64,000 nucleotides of DNA, taken from the NCBI GenBank assembly GCA_041648735.1, contig JBAZOO010000011.1, positions 13,540 through 77,539 on the forward strand, read 5' to 3'. Below the pieces are notes generated by a model. It saw only the letters and a list, made by a program, of their open reading frames with translations. It was not told the DNA's origin and searched no databases. Source of the DNA: Lentisphaeria bacterium. Lineage in GTDB: Bacteria > Verrucomicrobiota > Lentisphaeria > Oligosphaerales > CAITYL01. Below, piece by piece: positions 8,844 to 19,744 of the stretch. Made by a program: the position numbers and the translations under genes. Each line of letters starts with the position of its first letter. Positions within the stretch are counted from its first letter, which is position 1.

Positions 8844-8995
8844 AGGGCCGACTCGATCTGGAACGAACAGCCGCACGCTGAAGCGAGGGCTCGGAAACCC
8901 CCGCCGCGTGGCCGACCACCGGCCCGCGGCGGAACCCACAATGCCCCAGCCACATCCCAAGCTCCTGGTTGGTCAGATGCGACGCTTACGGCTGT

Positions 8996-9421
8996 TCAGC
9001 GGGGCGCCAGCCAGTGGAACGGCGCGTAGGGGAGGTTGCGCGCCACCGTGAAGAGGCCGGCGAGGATGAGGAAGCCGACCAGGAGCCAGTGCTGGACGCG
9101 GGCGCTGAAGAAGCCGCGGCCCAGCGCGACTTGCAGGAGCGCCAGGGCGAGGAGGGGGAGGGCGACCAGGACCAGGAAGCTGTTCTGGCGGATGGCGGTG
9201 GCCAGGTCGAGGTGGAGCAGGGCGTGGGCGGCGCGCGTCCCGCCGCAGCCGGCGCAGTGGAGGCCGGTGAGTTGGTGCCAGAGGCAGGGCGGGTAGAAAC
9301 GGGCGCCGGCGGGGTCGAAGCGGTAGAGCAGCGCGGCCAGGGCGCTGGCGATGGCCACCAGCGCGGCGGCGCCGAGGGCGGGCCACCAGGGGCGGCGTGG
9401 CGGCGGCGGCGGCGGGGTCAT
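8996..9421 (-). CDS. DUF2752-family membrane protein
   Basis: CLWHQLTGLHCAGCGGTRA motif plus three TM helices. The start at 9421 overlaps the upstream gene's stop by 4 nt. Confidence 0.75.
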   Translation of the reverse strand: MTPPPPPPRRPWWPALGAAALVAIASALAALLYRFDPAGARFYPPCLWHQLTGLHCAGCGGTRAAHALLHLDLATAIRQNSFLVLVALPLLALALLQVALGRGFFSARVQHWLLVGFLILAGLFTVARNLPYAPFHWLAPR

Positions 9422-9864
9422 CCGGCCAAGCCGCCCAGGATCACCAGGCCGATCCACAGTGCGCTCCCCACCAAGCCGGCACCGGCGGCGATCCAGCACC
9501 AGAGGCTGGCTTTCCGGGAGGCTTCGGCGGCGCCGGCCTGGTCGCCGGCCGCGAGCTTGCCCCCGACTTGCGAAGCATAGACAATCGCCGGAATCCCCAA
9601 GGGCAGGCAGCAGAGGATGGTGACCAGGATGGCCGGCACCAGATGGCTGGGCACGTCCGGGCGCACGGCCGCCGGCGCCGGCGGCACGGATGCCATTGCC
9701 AGCGGCGGGGGCGCCCCGGCGAGCGCCGCGTAGGGCTGCCAGTTCGCCATCCCCTGCTTCCAGACGAGGGTGTTGCCCCGGACCACGCCTTGGCTCACCA
9801 GTTCCTGGAGGCGGGCGTCGTCAACCGGGCCGAGCCGTTGGCTGCCTTCGGCGTAGTACCACAT
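9418..9864 (-). CDS. GYF_2 (DUF4339) domain + CD225/dispanin-family membrane protein
   Basis: MWYYAEGSQRLGPV...LVWKQGMANWQP (GYF_2), then ILVTILCCLPLGIPAIVYASQV (CD225). Confidence 0.75.
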   Translation of the reverse strand: MWYYAEGSQRLGPVDDARLQELVSQGVVRGNTLVWKQGMANWQPYAALAGAPPPLAMASVPPAPAAVRPDVPSHLVPAILVTILCCLPLGIPAIVYASQVGGKLAAGDQAGAAEASRKASLWCWIAAGAGLVGSALWIGLVILGGLAG

Positions 9865-9935
9865 CTTTTCGGGGCCTCCTGTTGGGGCTGGGCGGAAGCG
9901 GCGGCGGCGGGGGTTTCCCGTCCGCCACCGGGCGT

Positions 9936-11645
9936 TCATTCGATGATGATGTTCTGGTGGGTGCCGCCGGCGGGGATCATGGGCAGCACGTGCTCCTGGT
10001 ACTCGACATGCACGTCGAGGAGGAAGGGGCCGTCGGTGGCCAGCATCTCCTGGATGGCGGGGCGGACCTCGTCGCGGCGCCAGACGTCGCGGCCGGGGAT
10101 GCGGTAGCCCTTGGCGATCTGGACGAACTCCGGGTAGGGGCGGTCGCCGACCTTGAGCACGGTGTTGCCGCGGTTTGACCCGTAGAAGCGGTCCTCCCAC
10201 TGGGCGACCATGCCGAGGTGCTGGTTGTTGAGGATGACCATCTTGACGCCGATCTCCTCGCTGTGGATGGTGCCCAGCTCCTGGATGTTCATCTGGAAGC
10301 TGCCGTCGCCGTCAATGTTGATCACGGTAGCGTCGGGGCAGGCGAGCTTGGCGCCCATGGCGGCGGGGGTGCCGAAGCCCATGGAGCCGAGGCCGCCGGA
10401 AGTCAGGAATTGGCGGGGGCGCTCGAAGCGGTAGTACTGCGCCGCCCACATCTGGTGCTGGCCGACGCCGGGGACGATGATCGCCTTGCCGCCGGTCAGC
10501 TCGCAGATCGTCTCGACCACGAATTGCGGCTGGATGGCCGCGTCCTTCTTGTAGGCCAGGGGATGCTTCGCCTTCCACTCGCGGATCTGGGCGTGCCAGG
10601 AGGCGTAGTCCTTGCGCAGCGGCGCCGCGTTGAGCTTGGCGAGGATCTCCTTGGCGTCGCAGACGATGCCAATGTCCGCCCGCTTGTTCTTGTTGATCTC
10701 CGACGGGTCGATGTCGATATGGATGATCTTGGAGTGGACGGCAAAGGTCTGGACGTTGCCGGTGACGCGGTCGTCGAAGCGGGCGCCGATGTTGATCAGC
10801 AGGTCGCATTCATTGACGGCATAGTTGGCGTAGTAGGTGCCATGCATTCCCGGCCATTTGAGCGACAGTGGATGCGACTCGGGGAAGGCCCCGATCCCCA
10901 TCAGGGTGGTCGCCACCGGCAGGTTGTAGCCTTCGGCGAAGCGGCGCAGTTCGGCGGCCGCGCCGCTGATGATGACGCCGCCGCCGGCGAGGATGCAGGG
11001 GCGGTTGCTGGCGGCGATGGCCGCCCGCACCGCCTCGACGTCGGCGTCGGAGCAGGCTGCCGGCACCGTGTAGGTCCGCAGGCGCGGCGGCGTCGCCGGA
11101 ATGGTTGGCGCCACCAGTTTCTGCTGCACGTCCTTGGGGATGTCGATCATCACCGGGCCGGGGCGGCCGCTGCCGGCCAGATAGAAGGCTTCGGCGACGA
11201 CCTGCGGGATTTCGGCCGGATCCAGCACCAGGTAGCTGTGCTTGACGATCGGCCGGGTCATGCCGATGATATCCGTCTCCTGGAAGGCGTTCTTGCCGAT
11301 CAGCTTCTGCGGGACCTGGCCGGTGATCACCACCAGTGGGACCGAGTCCATGTAGGCGTCGGCGATGCCGGTGAGCAGGTTGGTGGCGCCGGGGCCGCTG
11401 GTGGCCATGCAGACGCCGACGCGCCCCGAGGCGCGGGCGTAGCCGTCGGCGGCAAAGGCGCCGCCCTGCTCGTGGCGGGGGAGGATCACGCGGATCTTGC
11501 TGCGGCTCAGGGCCTGGTGGATCTCGATGGCGGCGCCACCCGGATAGGCGAAGACCAAGTCGACGCCGTGCTGCTCCAGGCAGCGGATCAGGAGTTCGGC
11601 GCCCTTGATCGGGGTGGCGGGAGGGGAGGAAGGGTGGGAGGTCAT
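9936..11645 (-). CDS. ilvB: acetolactate synthase large subunit (biosynthetic type)
   Basis: GAELLIRCLEQHGVDLVFAYPGGA..., TGQV...FQE and GGLGSMGFGTPAAMGA (ThDP motif). Start at ATG 11645. Confidence 0.9.
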   Translation of the reverse strand: MTSHPSSPPATPIKGAELLIRCLEQHGVDLVFAYPGGAAIEIHQALSRSKIRVILPRHEQGGAFAADGYARASGRVGVCMATSGPGATNLLTGIADAYMDSVPLVVITGQVPQKLIGKNAFQETDIIGMTRPIVKHSYLVLDPAEIPQVVAEAFYLAGSGRPGPVMIDIPKDVQQKLVAPTIPATPPRLRTYTVPAACSDADVEAVRAAIAASNRPCILAGGGVIISGAAAELRRFAEGYNLPVATTLMGIGAFPESHPLSLKWPGMHGTYYANYAVNECDLLINIGARFDDRVTGNVQTFAVHSKIIHIDIDPSEINKNKRADIGIVCDAKEILAKLNAAPLRKDYASWHAQIREWKAKHPLAYKKDAAIQPQFVVETICELTGGKAIIVPGVGQHQMWAAQYYRFERPRQFLTSGGLGSMGFGTPAAMGAKLACPDATVINIDGDGSFQMNIQELGTIHSEEIGVKMVILNNQHLGMVAQWEDRFYGSNRGNTVLKVGDRPYPEFVQIAKGYRIPGRDVWRRDEVRPAIQEMLATDGPFLLDVHVEYQEHVLPMIPAGGTHQNIIIE

Positions 11646-11986
11646 GGGGTTTTGCCGTCTTTCATTGGCAGTCCCGGGGACTGTTCGTGGGCCGGACCAT
11701 GGGGACGCGACCGCCGCCGGGGGAGAGAGGCTGAGGCTCGTTTCCGTCCGCGGTGAAAGGGGGCCCGGCGCTGGCGCTGGTGTTCCGGGGGGTCGCAACA
11801 GGAAAGCCTGCGTCAAGCAGGCGAAACCCCGGCAGTCGCCACCGCCGGGCATCTAACCAGGACTTTCCGTTGTTGCAGGAATCGCATGGTCCAAATTCTC
11901 GATCCACCATCCCAGGCCAGGCCAACCCGCGTCACGCCGCGGTTGAGCCGCCACTGCCAAAAACCATACCACGGCCAGCCCGGAAA

Positions 11987-13063
11987 TCAACCGGCGGCGG
12001 CCGCGGCGGGGCGGGGCGGGCGGAGCACGTGGCCGGGGCCGGCGGCGACGCGGCGGCCGAGGGCCTCGATGCGGCGGGTGATGCAGCCGCGGCAGTGGTG
12101 GGCGTCGTCGCCCAGGCAAATCTTGCCGGGATAGATTTCGTAGAGCGGCCGGCGGTCGGTGGGGGTGACGTTGGGCATGACGACGTTGGCGCCGGCCTGG
12201 AGCGCCTTTTCGCGGCCGTGCGGGTCGAGGGAGCCCATGGCGGTGGTCGCGGGGATGTGGGCCCAGGGGAAGGCGAGGCGGAGGACGGCGACGAGGCGCA
12301 GGGTCTGCTCGACCGTGCCGCCGGCGGCGCCCGCCAGGGGGGTCTGGGGATGGGGGATGAAGGGGCCGACGCCGATCATCTCCGCGCCCAGCTCGTGGAG
12401 CCAGAGGACATCGGCGGCGAGCATTGCCGGGGTTTGCCCCGGCAGGCCGGTCATGACGCCGGAGCCGAGCTGGTAGCCAAGCTCCTTGAGGGTGAAGAGG
12501 CAGGCTTGGCGCGCCGCCAGGTAGCTGCCGTCGGGATGGAGCGCGGCGAAGAGCGCGGGGTCGGTGGTCTCGATGCGGAGCAGGTAGCGGTCGGCGCCGG
12601 CTTCGCGCCAGAGGCGGTAGGTTTCGCGGTCCCGTTCGCCGACGCTGAGGGTGACGGCGAGGTCCGTGGTTGCCTTGATGGCGCGCACCGCCGCCGCCAG
12701 CCGTTCGGCGGTGAACCAGGCGTCTTCGCCGGACTGGAGGACGACCGAGTGGTAGCCGAGGGCGGCGGCCTCCTGGGCGGCCTTGACGATCTCCTCCGGC
12801 GCGAGCCGGTAGCGCCCCGCCGTGGCATTGCCGTTGCGGAGTCCGCAATAGGCGCAGTTCCGGCGGCAGACGCTGGAGAACTCGATGAGGCCGCGGAGGT
12901 GGACCTCGTCGCCGACGGTGGTGGCGCGGCGCTGGTCGGCGGCGGCGAAGAGCCGGGGCGCGTCGGCGGCGGCGCAGTCGAGGAGGGGGACGAGCCATTC
13001 CGGGGCGGGGGGGGCGCCGGCGATGGCGAGTTCGAGGGCTTGGGCGAAGGTGAGGTTGGGCAT
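11987..13063 (-). CDS. hydE: radical SAM enzyme of the BioB/HydE/PylB group, HydE-like
   Basis: CRRNCAYCGLR cluster motif. The C-terminal ANVVMPNVTPTDRRPLYEIYPGKICLGDD..C..C resembles the Thermotoga HydE tail rather than BioB. Confidence 0.6.
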   Translation of the reverse strand: MPNLTFAQALELAIAGAPPAPEWLVPLLDCAAADAPRLFAAADQRRATTVGDEVHLRGLIEFSSVCRRNCAYCGLRNGNATAGRYRLAPEEIVKAAQEAAALGYHSVVLQSGEDAWFTAERLAAAVRAIKATTDLAVTLSVGERDRETYRLWREAGADRYLLRIETTDPALFAALHPDGSYLAARQACLFTLKELGYQLGSGVMTGLPGQTPAMLAADVLWLHELGAEMIGVGPFIPHPQTPLAGAAGGTVEQTLRLVAVLRLAFPWAHIPATTAMGSLDPHGREKALQAGANVVMPNVTPTDRRPLYEIYPGKICLGDDAHHCRGCITRRIEALGRRVAAGPGHVLRPPRPAAAAAG

Positions 13064-13072
13064 GGGCTGGGC

Positions 13073-13100
13073 GGATTCGGGATTTGCGAATTTCGGTTGC
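13073..13100 (-). repeat. G-poor (on coding strand) low-complexity leader directly upstream of the hydE-like start
   Basis: The minus strand reads GCAACCGAAATTCGCAAATCCCGAATCC, then 9 nt, then ATG. Same flavour as the spacers at 16206, 20293, 25183, 37030 and 54694. Confidence 0.5.
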
Positions 13101-13158
13101 CGCAGAGGTTTCAGGGGACACAGAGGGAATCACCGGGAGCGGTTCAGAATGGAACCGG

Positions 13159-14007
13159 TCAGAGGGCTTCGTTGAGGCTGCCGGTGCGGTAGCCTTGGAG
13201 GTCGAGGCTAACATAACGCCAGCCGAGGCGTTTGAGGGCGGCGGTGAGTTCGCCGCGGAGGTTGGGGTCGAGGAGGCGGGGGAATTCGGCGGGATCCAGT
13301 TCGAGGCGGGCGATGTCGCCGTGGTGGCGGACGCGGGCGCCGCGGAAGCCGGCGTCGCGGAGGCGGCTTTCGGCCGCTTCGACCTGGGCGAGGCTGGCGG
13401 CGGTGACGGGGGTGCCGTAGGGGAGGCGTGAGGCGAGGCAGGCCATGGCGGGCTTGTCGGCGGTGGGCAGTCCCAGGTGGCGGGAGAGTTCGCGGATTTC
13501 CGCCTTGGCCAGGCCGGCCTCCAGCAACGGGCTTTGCACGCCCAGCTCGGCGGCGGCGCGGCGGCCGGGGCGGTGGTCGCCGGTGTCGTCGGCATTGCTG
13601 CCTTCGAGGATGGTGGCGATGCCGCGGTTGGCGGCGGCCTGGCGCACGCCGGTGAAGAGGGCGTGTTTGCAGAAGTAGCAGCGGTCGGGGGGGTTGGCGG
13701 TGTAGCGCGGGTTGCGCATTTCCTCGGGGAAGATCACCAGGCACTCGACGCCGGTGGCGGCGGCGAACTGGCGGGCGAGGGCGAGTTCGTGGCGGGGCAG
13801 GCTGGGGGAGTCGCCGATGATGGCGAGGACGTTGGCCGGGCCGAGGGTGTCGGCGGCGACGCGGAGGAGGAAGCTGCTGTCCACGCCGCCGGAGAAGGCG
13901 ACGGCGGCGCGGCCGGCGGAGCGCAGCGCCGCCTGGAGCCGGTGCAGCTTCGCCGCCGCTGCCGGAGCCATGGGACTCATTGGACTCATAAGACTCATCG
14001 GACTCAT
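13159..14007 (-). CDS. larE: PP-loop ATP-pyrophosphatase, LarE-like sulfur transferase (TIGR00268-type)
   Basis: AFSGGVDSS PP-loop, CYFCK and ...ACLASRLPYG... motifs. GAAGGAAGG lies upstream of ATG 14007. The N-terminus is MSPMSLMSPMSPM. Confidence 0.75.
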   Translation of the reverse strand: MSPMSLMSPMSPMAPAAAAKLHRLQAALRSAGRAAVAFSGGVDSSFLLRVAADTLGPANVLAIIGDSPSLPRHELALARQFAAATGVECLVIFPEEMRNPRYTANPPDRCYFCKHALFTGVRQAAANRGIATILEGSNADDTGDHRPGRRAAAELGVQSPLLEAGLAKAEIRELSRHLGLPTADKPAMACLASRLPYGTPVTAASLAQVEAAESRLRDAGFRGARVRHHGDIARLELDPAEFPRLLDPNLRGELTAALKRLGWRYVSLDLQGYRTGSLNEAL

Positions 14008-14015
14008 GCCTTCCT

Positions 14016-14975
14016 TCAGCCGCCGATCCCCTCGAAGAGGACGGTGGAGATGTAGCGTTCGCCGGCGTCGGGGAGGATGGTGACGATCGTCTGGCCGGCG
14101 AACTCCGGGAGCCGCGCCAGGCGCAGGGCCGCGGCGGTGGCGGCGCCGCTGGAGATGCCGGCGAGGATGCCTTCCTCGGTGGCGAGGCGGCGGGCGGTCT
14201 CGATTGCCTCGGCGCTCTCCACCTGTTCCACGCGGTCGAGGAGGGTGAGGTCGAGGGTGTCCGGGATGAAGCCGGCGCCGATCCCCTGGATCTTGTGCGG
14301 GCCGGGCTTGAGTTCCTGCCCCGCCAGCTTCTGGGTGATGACTGGGCTTTCCTTCGGCTCGACGGCGACGGCGAGCAGCGGCTGGCGCTTGGTCAGCTTG
14401 AAGTGGCGGGCGATGCCGGTGATGGTGCCGCCGGTGCCGACGCCGGCGACGAGGACGGCGGCCTGGCCGTCGGTGTCGTTCCAGATTTCGGGGCCGGTGG
14501 TGGCTTCGTGGATGGCGGGGTTGGCCGGGTTCTTGAACTGCTGGGGTAGGAACCAGTGGGCCGGGTCGCTGGCGGCGATCTCCTCGGCGCGGCGGATGGC
14601 GCCCTTCATCCCCTCGGCGCCGGGGGTGAGGATCAGGGTTGCGCCGAAGGCGGCGAGGACGCGCCGGCGTTCGAGGCTCATGGTCTCGGGCATGGTCAGG
14701 GTCAGCTTGTAGCCGCGGGCGGCGGCGACGGAAGCCAGGGCGATGCCGGTGTTGCCGCTGGTGGGCTCGATGATTTCGACGCCGGGGCGGAGGATGCCGC
14801 GCTTCTCCGCGTCCCAGACCATGGCGGCGCCGATGCGGCACTTGACGGAGTAGGCGGGGTTGCGCCCTTCGATCTTGGCGAGCACGGTGGCTTTGGCGCC
14901 CTGGGTGAGGCGGTTGAGGCGCACCAGCGGCGTGCGGCCGATGCTTTGCGAATTGTCCAGGTGGATGTTGCTCAT
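14016..14975 (-). CDS. cysK: cysteine synthase A (O-acetylserine sulfhydrylase)
   Basis: [21 protein letters not shown] (PLP Lys), [10 protein letters not shown] and [10 protein letters not shown] motifs. Confidence 0.92.
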   Translation of the reverse strand: MSNIHLDNSQSIGRTPLVRLNRLTQGAKATVLAKIEGRNPAYSVKCRIGAAMVWDAEKRGILRPGVEIIEPTSGNTGIALASVAAARGYKLTLTMPETMSLERRRVLAAFGATLILTPGAEGMKGAIRRAEEIAASDPAHWFLPQQFKNPANPAIHEATTGPEIWNDTDGQAAVLVAGVGTGGTITGIARHFKLTKRQPLLAVAVEPKESPVITQKLAGQELKPGPHKIQGIGAGFIPDTLDLTLLDRVEQVESAEAIETARRLATEEGILAGISSGAATAAALRLARLPEFAGQTIVTILPDAGERYISTVLFEGIGG

Positions 14976-15045
14976 GGCGGTGGTCTCCGGGGTCGGGGTG
15001 GTGGTGTTTTTTTTGTGGGAAAAGGGGACTGGCGTGGGGGCAGGG

Positions 15046-16197
15046 TCAACAACCGCCGGCGGCGGCGGCCAGGGCCTGCTCCAGGTCGGCGATGAGGTCG
15101 GCGGGCGATTCGAGGCCGGCGGAGAGGCGGACCAGGCCGGCGGTGATGCCGCGGCGGGCGCGTTCCGCCGGCGGCATGGCGGCGTGCGACATGGTGGCGG
15201 GATAGGAGAGGATGGTTTCGACGCCGCCGAGGCTGACGGCGACGAGGGGGATTTTCACCTGCTTGAGGAAGGCGACGGCGCGCTCGCGGCTGCCGAGGTC
15301 GAAGGCGAGCACCGCGCCGGGGCCGGTGGCTTGGCGGTCGTGGATTTCGCGGCCGGGATGGCCGGGGAGGCCGGGGTAGTGGACGCGCGGCACGTCCGGG
15401 CGCGCCGCCAGCCAGTGGGCGATGGCCGCCGCGGTGCGTTGCTGGCGTTCCAGGCGGACGTCGAGGGTCTTGAGCCCGCGCAGGGTGAGCCAGGAGTCCT
15501 GCGGGCCGAGGATGGCGCCGACGGCGTTCTGGACGTGGCGGAGCTTGTGGCCGGTGGCGGCGTCGCGGGTCACCGCCAGGCCGGCGATGAGGTCGCTGTG
15601 GCCGGCGATGAACTTGGTGGCGCTGTGGATGACGATGTCGAAGCCGAGGGCGAGCGGCTTTTGCAGGAGCGGCGAGAGGAAGGTGTTGTCGGTGATGGCC
15701 AGCAGGCCGTGGGCGTGGGCGATCTCCGCGACCGCGGCGAGGTCGGTGATGCGCAGGAGCGGGTTGGAGGGGGTTTCGACGAAGATGGCCTTGGTCCGCG
15801 GCGTGATGGCGGCGCGGAGCGCGTCCGGGTCGGTGCTGTCGCCGAAGCTGACGTCGAGCCCCCAGCGCTGGAAGACGGTGGTCAGGACGCGGTAGGTGCC
15901 GCCGTAGACGTCTTCGCCGGCGACGATGTGGTCGCCCGTCTGGAAGAGCAGGAAGACGGAGGAGAGGGCGGCCATGCCGGAGGCGAAGGCGAAGCCGCGG
16001 GCGCCGCCTTCGAGTTCGGCGATGGCCAGTTCCAGGGCTTCGCGGGTCGGGTTGTCGCTGCGGGCGTAGTCATACTTGCCGAGGTGTTCGGGATCCGGCT
16101 GGTGGTAGGTCGAGGTCTGGTAGACCGGGACGCTGGCGGCGCCGGTGAGCGGGTCGCGGTCGCGGCCGGCGTGGATGAGCTGGGTGGCGAAGTCCAT
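15046..16197 (-). CDS. Cys/Met-metabolism PLP enzyme (cystathionine beta-lyase/gamma-synthase family)
   Basis: [17 protein letters not shown] and [12 protein letters not shown] (PLP Lys) motifs. Start at ATG 16197. Confidence 0.88.
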   Translation of the reverse strand: MDFATQLIHAGRDRDPLTGAASVPVYQTSTYHQPDPEHLGKYDYARSDNPTREALELAIAELEGGARGFAFASGMAALSSVFLLFQTGDHIVAGEDVYGGTYRVLTTVFQRWGLDVSFGDSTDPDALRAAITPRTKAIFVETPSNPLLRITDLAAVAEIAHAHGLLAITDNTFLSPLLQKPLALGFDIVIHSATKFIAGHSDLIAGLAVTRDAATGHKLRHVQNAVGAILGPQDSWLTLRGLKTLDVRLERQQRTAAAIAHWLAARPDVPRVHYPGLPGHPGREIHDRQATGPGAVLAFDLGSRERAVAFLKQVKIPLVAVSLGGVETILSYPATMSHAAMPPAERARRGITAGLVRLSAGLESPADLIADLEQALAAAAGGC

Positions 16198-16205
16198 GGG
16201 GTCTT

Positions 16206-16239
16206 GATTTTCGATTTTCGAATGCCGAATGGCAAATTT
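16206..16239 (-). repeat. low-complexity intercistronic repeat (GATTTTCGATTTTCGAATGCCGAATGG on + strand)
   Basis: It shares a run of about 23-25 identical nt with 54697-54720. It sits 8 nt upstream of the ATG at 16197, with no GGAG-type SD. Confidence 0.7.
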
Positions 16240-16317
16240 AACCTGAATTGGCCGCCGCGACGGCATGACGGGCATGAAGTCCGAGCCAAGGCCATCTTTT
16301 TCAATGGCTGGATCAAG

Positions 16318-17460
<1,143 letters not shown>

Positions 17461-17518
17461 GGGTTGGGTGCGGCGGTGTGTGGGGGTGTGGTGATCCGGT
17501 TTGGGGTTTGATGGTGGC

Positions 17519-17547
17519 ACTATAGCCCGGAATCAAAACAAAGTCAA
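17519..17547 (-). promoter_or_regulatory. sigma70-like promoter candidate (TTGACT-17 nt-TATAGT) for the metI/metC-like-cysK-larE-hydE operon
   Basis: Near-consensus hexamers on the minus strand about 60 nt upstream of ATG 17460, followed by a C/A-rich leader. Confidence 0.5.
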
Positions 17548-17732
17548 TCTCTTTGGTGATGTTGCTGGGCGGGGCGCGGACGGGCATGCCCTTGGGGACA
17601 GGGACAATACTCCCGTGCGGACTCCGCGCCGCCTTGGCGCCTGATGGCTTGATCCGCTGCAAAAGGGCATTACAGTTGACAGGTTGCAAGTTCGCTGGCG
17701 GTTTTGGGGCATCGGGCCAAGGCGAGGCGGCG

Positions 17733-18863
17733 ATGGAGTCGAATCCCCCAACAAGCGTGGCTGGTGGCGCCGCGGCCGGCGTCCCGGCGGTGACGTCCAA
17801 GCCTGCCGCGCCGGGGCCGAAGCGCCCCGCCGCCCTCCTGGCCATTCGCGGGATGGCGCTGCTCTTCGGTGGCCATTGCCTGCTTTTCGGCTGGCTTGGC
17901 GGGCTGCCGCCCCTGGCCTTCTTGAAGTGGCATGTGCCGGCGGCGGTCCTGCTGTGGCTGCTGCTGGACATGAAATTCCACCACGAGCTTTCGTTTCGGC
18001 AAGGGGTTCTGACATTGCTGCTTTTCTTGGGCGAGGCCGGCGTGGGAAGCATCCTCAGCTTGCGGCTGAAATCGGCGGATATCCTGCGGCTGCCGGTGAT
18101 CCGGCAGTCGGTGGGCTTCTATGCCGCGATGCGGAGCCACCCGTCGCCGGCGCACCTCCGACGGCTCCGGGGGGAGCCGGCGGGCGCCGTAGCCGCGACG
18201 CGGGAGAGGCTGGCCATTGCCCTGGCGGGCTGTGTGGGGGATCTGGCGACGCGGCAGGCGCTGGTGCAAATCCAGGGGCAGGCAGTCGCGGTGCGTGCCA
18301 CCGGCCGGCCGGAGCCGGCGGCCCAACAGGTGCTGGAATCGGTTGCCGATTCGGCCCGGCTGACGGCCGAATACCTGCTGGAGCTGGAACAGTTGCGGCT
18401 CGCCGACTTTTTGGCTCCGGCCCGCATCCAGGCGGAGCGGGATTCGGATCGCAGCCTGGCCGTCGTGGATGGGGCGCGGGCGGCGTTGCGGCGCTTGCGG
18501 AACCAGCGCGGGGAGAGCCTTGCCGCCCGCCGCCGCGAGCTGGCGGCCCTGCGCGTGCCGGAGCGGAGCCCGTACCATCGCTTCCTGGCCAGCGACGCGG
18601 CGTTCGAGCGCTGGTATCAACTGGATGGCGAGGCCTTGGATCTGGCCGAGAAGCTGTTTTTGCAACTGGACGGCAACCGCGGCGCCTGGGAAGTCGGGGC
18701 GGCCGGGGGGATCGTCCCGCATGACCTGGCGTGGTGGGCGCGGCTGGCGCCCCAGCTCCAGCGGTTGGGGGAGCTGACGGCGCAGCAGAAGCGGCTGAAG
18801 CGGGCCGTGGTGCTGCGGCTGCAGGAGGTGGTCGCCGACATCCAGCAGGCGACACCGCCCTGA
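17733..18863 (+). CDS. hypothetical membrane protein
   Basis: Of the overlapping ORFs here, this is the frame with a consistent G/C third-position bias. It has TM helices near the N-terminus, then a helical Arg/Leu-rich region. No family recognised. Confidence 0.55.
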   Translation: MESNPPTSVAGGAAAGVPAVTSKPAAPGPKRPAALLAIRGMALLFGGHCLLFGWLGGLPPLAFLKWHVPAAVLLWLLLDMKFHHELSFRQGVLTLLLFLGEAGVGSILSLRLKSADILRLPVIRQSVGFYAAMRSHPSPAHLRRLRGEPAGAVAATRERLAIALAGCVGDLATRQALVQIQGQAVAVRATGRPEPAAQQVLESVADSARLTAEYLLELEQLRLADFLAPARIQAERDSDRSLAVVDGARAALRRLRNQRGESLAARRRELAALRVPERSPYHRFLASDAAFERWYQLDGEALDLAEKLFLQLDGNRGAWEVGAAGGIVPHDLAWWARLAPQLQRLGELTAQQKRLKRAVVLRLQEVVADIQQATPP

Positions 18864-18888
18864 CTGCGGCCGCGGCGGCCGGACCGGG

Positions 18889-19347
18889 TCAGATCACGTA
18901 GTCGAAGCCGCCCTTGCCGCGGCGGGCGAGGAGCCGTCGCTCCTCCTCGAGCAGGTCTTGGAAGCTGGTGCCATCATAGACCTTGGTGGTGGCGTCCTGC
19001 GCCCGTTGCCAGAGGCCGACGAAGATGCATTGGTCAACCAGCGGGCAACGGCTGCGCCCGGCGCCGCGGCAGTCCACCGGGGCGAGGGAGCCCTCCATGA
19101 GGCGGATCACGTCGCCGACACTGGTCTGGGCCGGTGGCCGCGGCAGGACGTAGCCACCTTTCTTGCCGCGCACCGAATCAACCAGCCCCGCGGCGCGCAA
19201 CTGGTTGAGGATGTTCGCCAGGAACCGCTGGGGGATCGCCTGGGCCGTGGCGATCTCCTCGATCTTGGTCGGTTCGCCGCCGTGGCGCTTGGCGAGTTCG
19301 AACATGGCGCGGACGGCGTACTGGCATTTCTGGCTGACCATGAGCAT
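18889..19347 (-). CDS. Rrf2-family transcriptional regulator (IscR/CymR-like)
   Basis: MLMVSQKCQYAVRAMFELA...IPQRFLANILNQLRAAGLVDSVRGKKGGYVL wHTH, plus Cys residues C..C....C. Confidence 0.88.
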   Translation of the reverse strand: MLMVSQKCQYAVRAMFELAKRHGGEPTKIEEIATAQAIPQRFLANILNQLRAAGLVDSVRGKKGGYVLPRPPAQTSVGDVIRLMEGSLAPVDCRGAGRSRCPLVDQCIFVGLWQRAQDATTKVYDGTSFQDLLEEERRLLARRGKGGFDYVI

Positions 19348-19713
19348 GGGGCGGCTTCCTTCGGGGTTGCGGCCACCATACCGTGTGCCGGCGGATTTAC
19401 AACACTAAAACGATGGATTATGGCCGCCGGCTCTGCCGCGCCAGCGCCGTTGCCGTTTCGCCGGCGGTTCGCCAAACCGTGGCGCCGCCACCCCCACCGC
19501 GGCGGCCAACTAGGGACAGGGGGGCCTTGGGGACAGGTGGCACCCCTCATGCCTCCGCGGGCTCCCGTGACCTCCGTGCGAAACCCAAGCTTGAGCGGCA
19601 GCCCCACCCGCTCCATGACTGTCGCCGCGCGGATGAGGCGGCGGGTTTCCCCAATTTATACCCTACAATTCAGCAGTTGTAATTCGTGGATTCTGCTTCC
19701 GGTTTCGGGCGGC

Positions 19714-19742
19714 TTGCAAAACTGGGGAAGGCGGCCTATGGT
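19714..19742 (+). promoter_or_regulatory. sigma70-like promoter candidate (TTGCAA-17 nt-TATGGT) upstream of mraZ
   Basis: Hexamers and spacing read directly. It lies 35 nt upstream of the mraZ GTG. Confidence 0.4.
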
Positions 19743-19744
19743 TC

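Noticed and set aside
11646-11986. Possible leader peptide, attenuator or T-box upstream of ilvB
   Set aside because: I found no run of Ile/Leu/Val codons, no terminator/antiterminator pair, and no T-box-like specifier architecture by eye.
11987-13063. Calling this radical SAM gene bioB to complete the biotin pathway
   Set aside because: The cluster motif CxxxCxYCGLR and the C-terminal MPNVTP...LY.IYPGKIC tail fit HydE-type proteins. Typical BioB signatures were not seen. It is kept as HydE-like with moderate confidence.
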